Assembly (NCBI RefSeq): GCF_009914755.1
Contig: NC_060947.1
Direction: 5' to 3' (one strand)
DNA length: 64,000 nt
Source of the DNA: the human T2T-CHM13v2.0 reference genome, Homo sapiens
The position numbers were made by a program, and so were the translations under genes. The notes under the pieces are model-generated. The model made no database searches. It was not told where the DNA came from and saw only the letters and a program-made list of their open reading frames with translations. How positions within the stretch are numbered: position 1 is the first letter of the stretch; the number at the start of each line of letters is the position of its first letter. Shown here piece by piece: positions 15,441-27,339 of this stretch.

Positions 15441-17936
15441 TGCTCTTCGCTGCATTCCTAACCCTCAGCTCAGTACCTGAAAATGTTTATTGCCTGAATG
15501 ATCTGCCACATGCTCTTCCATTGCTGACATGCCAGAACACTGTGGAATCATCCCCCCTGGTACTCTGAATCTGCCTTCACAGCTAGGCTATCTAATGACA
15601 GAATCTGCACTTGAATGGGGATTTAAAAAAATAATAAAGTGACAATCATCTGAGTTTCTCTTTTACTTTCTAAATCATTCCTCAGCTCACAGTTGCTTCC
15701 TCCCATCACCCAGGAGACAGAAGCTCACACCAATCATGCTCCCTTCACTGGTGGTACGTGCCACTGTACACAGAAATTGGTAAGGTCTGTGAACATAAGG
15801 AAAGCATTAGAGACAAAACCCTGAGTCCCATAATCCCCAGCTCAGACAACACAGCGCATAGCCTTGCTGCCAATTCGTACAAGGAAAGAAGGGAGCAGAC
15901 AGAAGAATATTAACACTGTCAATCTGAATATGAGGGTTTAAAATTAGTAAAGGGAAAAATATGTCATTCATGATTCAGGCGGCATTGCCTATTGCTTTGC
16001 ACATTCAATTCAACCAACAAACCACTTGGAATTCTTCATATCCAAAATGTCTACTGACAAAAATCAGTGCTAAGATCAAGCTTCAGTGAACCAAAAAGCT
16101 CACAGAGAAAATAGGGAGGAGAGGCTGAAAGGAGAAATTGAAATCACAGATTAAATTGGTGATTTCTGTAATTCTGTTTACTGATTACCAGATAATTCTG
16201 GATGTATTGGAAAGTGGCCAAAAACAAAAGGAAGAAAAGAAAAAAGAACCATGGCAAAATATGCCAAGGAGAACACCAAGCAGGCAGATTTTGTGACATT
16301 AAAAATTCTTGAGGCTGCTGTCACCTCTGTTCTGAAAATATAGCTGGAGGCTGGGATATAGCAGCAAGAGAGAAATCCATCACTTACATGACAGCCACCA
16401 CCCCATGCCTTAGTCTTGTTGGGAGTGGAAATGGAACACCTGAGGGAGTCCAGTGAGCAAGACCAGGGCAGGCAGGCTAGTCATCACTCTGGGGGCTATG
16501 GGGAGGGGAAGGAGAAGGGAGAGAGGGGAGCAAGTTCTGGCACTTCACTGGGATGAAAGGATAAGAGTGAAAAGAGCATGCACTTGAAACCTATCCACTC
16601 ACTCTCCTCAATACTCAGAATGTGGCAGGGTGCCAGGGAAGAAACCACAACACTGACCATGAGCAATGGAGCCCCAAAGGCTATAGGAGCTCCCTGACCA
16701 CGTCCCCACGCCCCAAAACACACACATACACATTTTTTACATTAGGTGCAGCACAAATATTTGGAACAGAATCAAGTTTGTGAAGCTCAGTCCTACCTCT
16801 ACCATGTGTTCTTTCTTGAGCAAATACCAGCTCCTCCCTAAATTCAGTGTCCTTAATTAGGGGCTACAGCAGCTGATCTCATAGGACCATCTGGATCTGT
16901 CATGACAAGGCTAAAACAAGCTCGGGGGCATGGGAACACAAGAAGAGCCCCCTAATCCTTGCCTGGGCCAGGTGAAATTGAGGATAAGTACACCAAGCAG
17001 AGGGTCCAGCAAGTATCAGCAGGGTTGTCCTGCAATTGCAGTGGGCATGACAGAAGTTTCTAGTAGTCCTGGCCTTAGAGATACTTGATTAGCCCTGAAC
17101 AAAGTGCGCATTACCCAAGTGACCAAAGGCATTCTTGCCTCAATCATGACAGTAATATCCTAGCTGATGCAGGCTCACTCTGTCATTCCACAGACAGCCT
17201 GTCAGCATCTCATAATTAGGAAAAAATCTGTTTCTCCCATCATCAAGAAGCTTAGTTTTTCAGATAGCTGCCACAAGGGAGACAGTATTTCAAACAAAAA
17301 GGTTTTAAATATCAAAATCCAGACACTCCAGCAAGTCACATCTCAACATCATGGCCTTAGATAACCCAATATTCTTAAACTTCCCCTCTTTGTGCTCAAG
17401 ACAAGAAATTGCCCTTCTTTTTCCAAGATCAGAACCATTCAAACTTTTGAAGTAACACATGTCAATCTGGCTAGAAAGAACATTTTGCATTTAGCAAGAA
17501 ATCCAACATAAAAGGCAAATATCTAATCAAAGTGAATGTCACTGAAATCATGACCAGCTACACACCTGTTCCTATAGGATATGCAGCAAATGGATACAAG
17601 ACTCCTGTGCACAGAAGTGATTACTTCCTCCTGCAAGGACTTGAAGGCAAACAACTAAAGTGCTTCATTTATTTCCTTTCCTTGTCCATGCTTACTATAC
17701 ACAAATGAGGCTTCTGGCTCACTAGTCAAAGGGAAATAAAATGGAGGCCACTTGGTTAGCAAAGATGAATGGGGTTTCCATTGGTGTTCCCATGTTTAAT
17801 AACAAGTCCATTGGCAGTGCTTCTACTCTAAGAGTAACAAATGCTCATTATGAAAAATTTGGAAAATCTAGAGTATTGTACAAAAAGAGAAATAAGTTCT
17901 ATCCCAAAATGACTAATGTAAACATTGATACGGTTC

Positions 17937-18286
17937 TGCTATGGTCTGAATATTCATGTTCCCCAATTATTATGTTGAAGCTTAATCCCCAATGCAATGG
18001 TATTAGGGGATGGGGTCATTTGTCAGGTGATTGGGTCAAGAGGGTGGGGTCCTCATAAACGGAATTACTGTCCTTATGAAAAAGGCCCCAGGGAGTTTGT
18101 CTCTTCCACAGTGTGAGGACACAGCAAGAAGGCATCGTCTATGAGAAAGTGGGACCTCACCAGACATGGAAACTACTGGTGTCTTGATCTTGGACTCCAC
18201 AGCCTCCCAAACTGTGAGAAATACATTTCTGTTGTTAAGTTGCTCAGTGTATAGTATTTTGTTATAGCAGCCCAAGCTGACTAAGA
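17937..18286 (+). mobile_element. MLT1A-type MaLR solo LTR
   Basis: tgctatggtctgaat...aatccccaatgcaatggtattagg...ttgttatagcagcccaagctgactaaga. Confidence 0.88.
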
Positions 18287-18459
18287 GTAACAAATGCTCT
18301 GTCTTTTTGGTTATAAATAAGTCCTGTTTGTTTTATAATGTTGTAATTGAACCGTGTCCACAATTGTATTTAAAAAATACATACAACTTAAGTATCTTTA
18401 CATGTTACAGCCATCATTTTGAGAGCCACACGAAATGGATGTGATAGAGACAAAAAAGT

Positions 18460-18715
18460 GCACCATAGGTGGTTAAGAGCATGTGTTCTGGGATTAGATG
18501 CAGCTGGAGTCAAATTGCAACTCTACTATTTACTGGTTCTGTGGTCTTACATGAGTGACTCAACCTCTGAGCTTCAGCTTCCTTCTCTATAAACTAGGGA
18601 TGACAATAGCAGAGTACCCATTATCAGGTTGTTTTGAGGCTTAATGAGATAATGCCATAAAATACTTAACACGGTGCTGGGAGTAACTCCTTAGTACATG
18701 TAGCTGATATTACTA
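18460..18715 (+). mobile_element. MIR (near full length)
   Basis: ggtggttaagagcatg...ctcaacctctgagcttcagcttcct...ggttgttttgaggcttaatgagataat. Confidence 0.85.
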
Positions 18716-19311
18716 CTCTTACCATTTTTAACTTATCCATTCTCTTACTGTTTACCATTGGATTGCTTCCAAATTTTCCATTTGGATAAATTTGCAATGT
18801 GTACGTACACAGTTTGAATTTTTTTCCTTGGCATATATTTTCCAAAAGTGAAACTCCTGGACATTCTATGGTCATTAATATGTATTTTCAAATTTGTTGG
18901 TTAATGATTTTGTCCTACTGGGAATCAGTGTGAAGATACTGTCAAGGACTGGAGAACAGAGTGAGACTAAGGGACCCTTGAAGTCCTTAAATATCTTAAG
19001 ATTATGAAGGCCCTTGAGGACCACCAAGTGCAATCCTGCTTAGACTACTAATGGGAGACAGCTGCCTGTATCAATGACTTTGGCCTCATTTAAGATAGGC
19101 ATAAACCATCAGAGCAATGTGCATATGAAGCAGCATGCGGTCAGGCACTGCTGAGAGTTTGTATCATCCATGCACACAGGCAACTGAGCATTTAACATTG
19201 AATCCTGTTCCATGGGTTCTAGCCCTATCCTGAAAGTCAGGAGCATCTTCTCACATCATCATCATCTCACCTGTCATCATCAGGAAAATTTATAAGCATG
19301 GTAGTGGGGTA

Positions 19312-19632
19312 ACCTGCCTGAAGTGCTTTTCTCCAACTTCTTGAATAGCCACCTCCTTCTCATCCTTTATGCCTCAACTTCCATGCCATCTCCTCCAAGA
19401 GTTGAGAACACCAAGTTTTGAGTAGCTATCTCACACACAATTCTGTGTAAATTAATTTCCTTCCAAGCATTCATCATGCCTTGTAATCATTTACTTGTTT
19501 GTTCACTTATTCGCAGTGCATCTCCCTAATTTGACTATCTCCTTCAGGAGGGTTGGGACAATATTCAGTCTTGCTACTGTTGTACCCTTATTCCCCGGCT
19601 AGCAAAGGGCCTGGCACAAAGTAGGTACTCCT
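19312..19632 (+). mobile_element. L2 3' fragment
   Basis: cctgcctgaagtgctttt...tccttctcatcctt...gggcctggcacaaagtaggtactc. Confidence 0.65.
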
Positions 19633-22099
19633 GCTCCCATTACCTGTTTGTCTGATGCCCAGGGGCCTCTTGGCAACATAAGCAGCTTGACCTTGAGCTG
19701 GAAAGAGGGAATACAGAAATGAGGTACATATAATCCCTGCCTTTAAGGAGTGCCTATGGCAGGTTTCTTTTCACAGTCATCTTAGAAAGAACCAAGAAGC
19801 CCTTTTACAAGAGCTACATTCTATAATGCTGAGGAGGCAGCTCGAAGCTGGCACTCAACAATCGATACCCAAACATAGGAATTGTTATTCTACCACCCCA
19901 ACATGCGCACTTGGACTTTGCACCTGTGTAGATCTTTTCTGCTTTAGATAGCTCTCAAAAACATATTCCTCAGGAAGCCCTCACAACATCCCATAAGCCA
20001 TGAGCTGAAAGGGCTGGTGAAGCAGAGCAAAAATAAAGAAAAAAATGGGGCAAGAGACACAGGGCCAGAGCCTCAAAACTGGGCTCTAATCCCAGTTGTG
20101 CCCCTTAGGATGAAGGATGGGTCATATCAACCCTGAGCTTCAGTTACCTCCTGAATAGTAGTAGATAGTACACTCTGCCCTGCCTTGTGGAAAGCCTCAA
20201 TGACCATGTGTATGAAAAACAATAGTGCAACAGGGAGGTTAAGAGTTAGTATAGAAAGCTGGAAAGATAAAGAATATGCCAGCCTGGTGACCCTCTGGGC
20301 CCCCTCTGGCACATATCAATGGTGAAAGCAGAGAAAGAACCACATCTTCTGTGCCTAGACCTGAACTTCCCTGGCAGAGGAATTTTTAGGCCTCTTTAAA
20401 TAGCCCACCTGACTTTCATTTTTGGTTGTACCTCCTCCTGAATGAACACCCAACAGCTACTTTGTTCTTCAAGGCAAGTTTTCTAACCAACTAGGCAGTA
20501 TCTCCATAGCAGCCAAAAGAGATCTTTAACTGTTAAATACAAAAGCTCAGACAAACCACAAATGCCCTATTCACCTTGTCAGTCCTACAAAAAGAAGTTG
20601 GGGTTCTGTCAATTTCTCCTGCCACATACAGCTGCAACACTGGCTTATATTATTAGTTACATGCAGTATGTGTGTCTCTGGTTATAACAGATGGTGTTTG
20701 CACTGCACGCGAAAGCTCCAGATAGTCAAATAGTACAGCTATGGAGATTTTCCAAAGAGAAGACAAAACAACAACAGAAAATACTCCCACCAGTGAAAAT
20801 CTGAAAAGTGTTTGTCTTGCTTTCTACTTTGGCAAAATAGAGAACATCCGATTTCTGCAATAGCTTTACTGACTGAGAAAAACCAGCCTAGCACAGAGAG
20901 AGTGATGCCAATAGAAGACTACCTAAGCAGCATGCTGTCACCCTTCTAGAAGGGCTATTAGTTAAAAGAGGTGAAAGTACACAGTCTAGGCCTCCTTGCC
21001 CTGCCAATAGATCTGCAAGCTGCCAAGATTGCCAGCTCCGTGAATGGACTTTTCTAGATGGGAGAAAACTCTGTTTTAGTAGAATTCCCAGGGTTTCTTT
21101 CCTGTTAACTTTTAAACTAGAGCTTAAGGGATGCTGGAAACTCATTTTCTTCAACCTCCTTAATTCCCATTTGAGGCAACTGAGGCTTAATTATGAGAGG
21201 ATATTTAGCCAAGTTTATGGCTGAAAAATGACTTAGCTCTCTAAGCTGGTGCACCTCACCAGGCTCCTTACACACTTGGAAAAAAACAAAAAGAGCCTAT
21301 TCATGTTTTACCAATTTCTCAAGACCCATCTGCTCCCACTTTTTCCTGACCTGCTCTTGTTCCAATACCCTTGTGACTCTTGCCTTCCTTGTGACTATAA
21401 CCTTGGGCCTGTCTCTGGACCTTCGACTGGGGTCTGGATTTTGCCTCAAGCTTTCTGTAAAACACTAAGACTTGCCTCCCCATCATGACCCACCACTTTG
21501 GCTCCACTGACTCCACCCCACAATCCCAGCAATCTCATCTGAACCATGGCCCAGCCAGTTCAAGCCATGGCTGAACAAACTCCAACAAGGAGGAGATTCA
21601 GATAGAGGCAAAACCAAGTCAAAGCCCAGGTCTTCTGACCCTGAAACCAATGAACTTTCTACTACTTTCTACTGCCTACTCCTTGCCTCTGCTTTACTGT
21701 TAGTTTTACATTCTGTATTAGCCAGTAAATCTAGCCCCTCTCCATTATATGAAGACAGTTTTCACGTCCCTGTACCACCCCAACCAATTTTCCTGAGCCT
21801 TCTCTCCTCTACATGAATCATCCACAGCTTCTTAAAACTGACCTCATAATTCATGGTTTCCAGACCTTCAGAGGGCTCATAAACTCAATCATCATCCTCT
21901 TTGAAAGAAAAAGTGATAATACTTTGGATCACCACATCCTTTGCTTTAGACAATCTGCTCATATCAATGCAGCTCTGATCATGGTCACATTTGCATCAGC
22001 TGCAAGTCATATTATACCAAGTTGTGGCCAATTAATACCCCATGTTTACATTCAAAGTCAGAATTCTCCTTGGATATTGTTCAAATCACAATAAGAGAA

Positions 22100-22238
22100 C
22101 AAAGGTGCATTCTCTTTTCTCTGGGGCCTCTATGCTGGGATTTTGTAAATCCAAGGATGCCAGAATCTATGTTTTCCACCAAGTGAAAAAAGCTCAACTG
22201 CAGTAGAAGAGTTTGAAGCCAGGAATAAATGAGCAGAG

Positions 22239-22306
<68 letters not shown>

Positions 22307-22560
22307 ATGTGCGTGTGTGTGTGTGTGTTTGAAAGAGAGAGAGAGAGAACTAGTCCATACTAGCATATAAGCACACAGTCACTGGTGTTATCAAGTCTCC
22401 AATTCCCCAAATCACTGAGGTCTCCTGAGCTGCTTTAGTTCCTGAAGCTCTTCCACTTGTTCTGGGAGCTACACCAGTATTCTGCCAATACATTTTCTTG
22501 CATGCTTAAACAAGAAAGGAAGGTTTCTGTCACTTACAACCAAAAGAAATTTGATCCTGA
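22100..22560 (+). mobile_element. Old MLT1 (J/K-like) LTR containing a microsatellite
   Basis: 3' end gtttctgtcacttacaaccaaaaga is typical of MLT1; boundaries approximate. Confidence 0.5.
22239..22348 (+). repeat. Compound (CT)n(GT)n...(GA)n microsatellite
   Basis: (CT)14 then about 30 GT/GC units, then a short (GA)n. Confidence 0.97.
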
Positions 22561-24937
22561 ATTTCCTAAAATCTTCACATTACAGGCTTCTTCTTGTCCA
22601 TTATTCATTGTTTTATGGCCCCAGTGTGAAGCAGTTCCCTGTTGAATGAAACTTGAGATCAGGAATCTGGACAGCCAGAGGGGTCGAGAGAAGAGGGGGT
22701 ACAGTAATGCTACAGACCAAGTATTCTGCTTACCACTTTGCTGAGCACCAGCCCAAGCCTTCTCTAGGATGCTCCAGTGATCCCTCCCATCCCATAAAGC
22801 TCAGATGAGAATGCGCAGGAGTCTATAATCTTGCTGTTTCCTGAAATCTTTTCTCCAGAAGGTAGGCTTTGCGGAAGATGGGTTCCTGGGATAGACAAGA
22901 AGTTATTGGGAAAATTATAAGTCTGTGACACAGTGTGAATCTGTTTTGTTCCTGGGCCCTTTATGATGCCATTCTACCCATTTGTATTCTGCCATGGAGA
23001 ATCTAAGAAATCTTGAGCTGAAGGTAGCAAAAATCATCATAATCAAGTTGAATCTCAAAACTGCCTTGGACTCCTCCTTTTAGAAAGTGTTCTGCGCACA
23101 CATAAGAAAGGGATTTAGCTTAAGGCCCAGCAGCTAAAAAGTAAAACAAACAAACAAGAAATCCACAAAACTTCCAAGCCAGCTATTTGCTTATATGGGC
23201 AATATTGTACAGGAAGATCATTAATATGATGTTGGTTAGAGAGCAACGTTCCTGGCATTACTCTCCTCAGTGTGGCTAAGAGGCTCTCCAGCATGTACTA
23301 TTAGTATCTGGAGGAACCATGGCCAGTTAATAGCCTTGCAGATGTAAACTCACTCAGAAGGAATTATGTGCTTCTACTAACACAGTACTGTTGGAGCGAG
23401 CTTTGCTTGGTTACGTACTTGGCCACAAGCCTTCAATTCAAGGCATTACAACAGCACCTCACAAATTCACCTACCAGTAAATCTGTGTATTCTCTTATAA
23501 TAATAGTAAAAAACTACTAAAGAAAGATTTTATTGGCTTACTGGTTTCCACTCTCCTGCTTTATTTTAGGAAATAATGATGTTTCTGGAACCACAAAAGT
23601 ATGAAAGCATGGGAACAAAATGTCACCTGTTTAACTATGAAAAACATAGTTCATATATTTAATATATATATAAAATAATATATATGTATTTTATAAATGT
23701 AATAGTGTACATTTATGTAATATGTATGCGTACATATATGTGTATATACACATATATGTACACATTTAGCACAGTAATTGATTACTAATCTTTTGGAGGA
23801 AATGCAAACTGTCCAGATGGCAATAAACTGAAGGAGTGAGAGCTACTAAATGGCTTTCGATTAAGCTGCTAAGTAAGAATGAAGAGGGACTTACAAACAC
23901 ATTTGGGTATACACCTAGAGTGAAAGAAAGAATTTCTCAGTAGATTTTTGGCCACTACCTTCCCCCTAAATAACCTTTGATGAAGCAGCCTGCTCACCTA
24001 GTTACAGATCATCTTAGAGCCCATTCTTAGCCCCTTGAAGCTATTTTAAAAAGCACAGAAAATAAATGGGTAGTGCTTATTAAATTAGCATTGATTTTGG
24101 AATGAGGCATTTTATAACTCCTTCAAAAATGGTGTCCCAAGAAAAGTGTGAGACAGTCACAGATAGGGACTGGGACTTTGACAAGTGTTCTAAGCATTGT
24201 CCTTCATATCATTGGTGCTGTACAACCAAAGCCACTTAAAAAATGGATTTGAAACTGCTTGAGCAAATAAGTTGCAGGAATAGATTAACACTGAGGTCTT
24301 CTGATGCTAGATTGTGTAGTTTGCTTCACATCCAAAAGACAAATTGTAGATCTCTGCTTTCAAGGCAGATAACAACTACCCTTAATAAATGTGCAGTCAT
24401 CCTAGAAACAGAATGCAGCCAAGTAAGTGAGAAAGTGCGTTGGAAGAATGTGAGCCCTTGCTAAATAAGCAGTACAGACACAGCAAATGTCTGTCTCCCT
24501 CTTTCCGGAACTGTCCTGGCCTTAAATACCCTAGTAGATGGTATCCACATAAACCCCTGAAGTGTCCTAGAAATACCAACATTTCAGCAAATAGTGACAA
24601 AATTAAGTCAGTAATTGTAGCAACACCAACTTCAACAGGTTACAGAGATCACATCACAGATCACGTGTCCCTGGTCCTCTATTGATATTGATAACACAGT
24701 ACTACGAATTTAAGAGGCATTTCTATAGTTTGTTGTTTTAGGTGGAGGTCTTTGATTATAAACCACCACAAGGAATTCTTGGTAACTTAAGCAAAAATGA
24801 GAAAGTATTAGATGGCCATGAGGAATTTTTATCAGATCATAGAAAACTGAAGAACTAGACTTGAAACAGACAGGAACCAGGAGCTCCAGAGGGTTTGGGA
24901 ACACCCAGCAGCTTCAATCAAGTATATGCCACCACTG

Positions 24938-25330
24938 GAATTCATTCACTCATCCAACACATATTTGCAAGTACTTATCATGTGCCAGGCACATGATAAC
25001 AGATAGAGGATGCTGTTATATCCTCTACATGGTGAGGATATAGCATTAAACAAAACAGACAACATTCCTCATTCTCAAGGAACATTCCTTCTGGTAGTGG
25101 GAGATATAAAATAGCAAAAACTGATAACAGTAGTAATATCTCCAACTTTTAAGCATCTACTGTGTGACTGGCACTGTGCTAAGTGTTTTACATATTCATA
25201 CATTTATTCAAAAAATATTTACTGAGTCCTAGTATGCAAGAGAACCTATCCTAAGTAAGGGAAATACAACCATGAACAAAACTGATAAGAATCCTTGCCT
25301 TTGTGAAGCTGATATTGTGGTGAAACAAAT
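24938..25330 (-). mobile_element. Two L2 3'-end fragments with an intervening MIR piece
   Basis: attcattcactcatccaacacatatttgcaagtacttatcatgtgccaggcac and catttattcaaaaaatatttactgag. Confidence 0.7.
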
Positions 25331-25714
25331 AAATTCAAAACCCTCAAAGATTAAAATCTTAGGAAACAGCACACAATTGGCCATGCTGAGGTTATGTATC
25401 TGCCCCCAGCTTCATAAGGGCAGTGAGGGGGATGATCTGATAGAAGGAATCTCCATACACCCTGTCCAGCCTTGAAAGTGGGAGAACTGTCCCATATCTA
25501 CTGCCCAACCAAGGCTGAACACGGTGAGAGAAGAGTCCTCAAAAAGAAATCAAGGATCCTGAGCAAAGGAAATGGAATGCAAGGCAGAAAAAACAAACCC
25601 ATTCCTTTGCATAAGGCATGGGACAATGAAGACTACTTCATCTGGGCCTTATTAATGTGTCTTGGTGAAAAAAAAAAACAGAAACTAGATTATATCTAGA
25701 ACACAAAGTGAAAC

Positions 25715-25950
25715 TATGTTTTAGACCACTTGAGCTTAATTTCAGCTCCATTATTTACAAGGCTATTTCTAGGACCATGGGCAATTACTTAACTACTCTG
25801 TATCTCAGTGTCCTCTTCCGTGCAAAGGGGGATGTTATTAGTATTTACCTAATAGTGATGTCATGAGGAATAAATAAGTTAATATTTGTAAAATGCTTAG
25901 AACAATGCCAGAAATACAGTAAGCATTATATACATGACTGTTAAGCAAAT
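25715..25950 (+). mobile_element. MIR
   Basis: gaccatgggcaattacttaactactctgtatctcagtgtcctc...tgaggaataaataagttaatatttgtaaaatgcttagaaca. Confidence 0.85.
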
Positions 25951-26064
25951 AAAGTAGAATGCTTAATTGATAGAAAGACATTCATGGTATATTATGTGAA
26001 AAAGCAGGTTGCTCAATAAGTACACAGCATAATCCCAATTCTTATATTAAAAATTAACAGTTAT

Positions 26065-26814
26065 TAGAAATACCATTTGACCCAGCCATCCCATTACTGG
26101 GTATATACCCAAAGGACTATACATCATGCTGCTATAAAGACACATGCACACGTATGTTTATTGTGGCATTATTCACAATAGCAAAGACTTGGAACCAACC
26201 CAAATGTCCAACAATGATAGAGTGGATTAAGAAAATGTGGCACATATACACCCTGGAATACTATGCAGCCATAAAAAATGATGAGTTCATGTCCTTTGTA
26301 GGGACATGGATGAAATTGGAAATCATCATTCTCAGTAAACTATCACAAGAACAAAAAACCAAACGCCGCATATTCTCACTCATAGGTGGGAATTGAACAA
26401 TGAGAACACATGGACACGGGAAGGGGAACATCACACTCTGGGGACTGTTGTGGGGTGGGGGGAAGGGAGAGGGATAGCATTAGGAGATATACCTAATGCT
26501 AGATGATGAGTTAATGGGTGCAGCACAGCAGCATGGCACATGTATACATATGTAACTAACCTGCACATTGTGCACTTGTACCCTAAACCTTAAAGTATAA
26601 TAATAATAAATTTAAAAAAAAACACAATAAGAAATGAAACTTTCATTTTAGCTAATCCTGTAATACCTGCTACAGTAAAATGCTCTTTGCAGTTTTGTAT
26701 GCATGTGTTTCCATTTATTGAAATTACTTTATATATAAGCATATATGTAAATGTTTACACTTATTTTATTAAAATCAAATCTATCAGGCTGGAAAAAAAT
26801 AAAAATAAAAAAAT
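26065..26814 (+). mobile_element. 5'-truncated L1PA (PA2/PA3-like; 26065-26622) with 3' transduction (26623-26792) and a second A tail
   Basis: Low-divergence L1 3' end; perfect 18-bp TSD aaaaattaacagttatta at 26049-26066 and 26815-26832 encloses the L1 plus the extra sequence. Confidence 0.93.
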
Positions 26815-27339
26815 AAAAATTAACAGTTATTATAGAAGGTTATATATATAAGAAATATGTGTATCAAATAGTTCAAAGTATTTATCTCTGACTGGGGTTG
26901 GGTGATATGAATAATTTGTATTTTCTCATTTTTTCTTGTCTGCTTTTTTCAAATTATTAACTGAATATGTATCACTATTGTAATTTTTAAATTATTAAAA
27001 TATCATATTCAAACATGTATAAACACCTAAATATCACTAAAAGGGGATGTGTTGGCAGAAGGGGAAGTGACCAATTACAAGCATGTCTTAAACTGTTAAA
27101 AAATTAATGTTACGTAGTAAGTCACACTGAAATAATATAAAAGTCAGGAAAATTCCTTCTCAAAAATAATTATAATGAAGACACTGTAGTTATTACTTGG
27201 AGGCGAATATTACATTGGAAGAAAAGCAATCACTAAGAAGAACCACACCTGAGTACTGGGCTCAATTATTCCTTGACAAAAGGCTACTGAAGACTCTCCT
27301 GCTTAAGTGGAAAAAGCCTAACACTCTTTAAAGAAACAC

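Noticed and set aside
20575-20584. Possible 10-nt minus-strand microexon (tttttgtag|GACTGACAAG|gtgaat)
   Set aside because: Not frame-preserving, no host gene evident, and likely by chance.
26154-26396. 80-aa ORF MFIVALFTIAKTWNQPKCP
   Set aside because: L1 ORF2 C-terminus running into the 3' UTR of a truncated L1.
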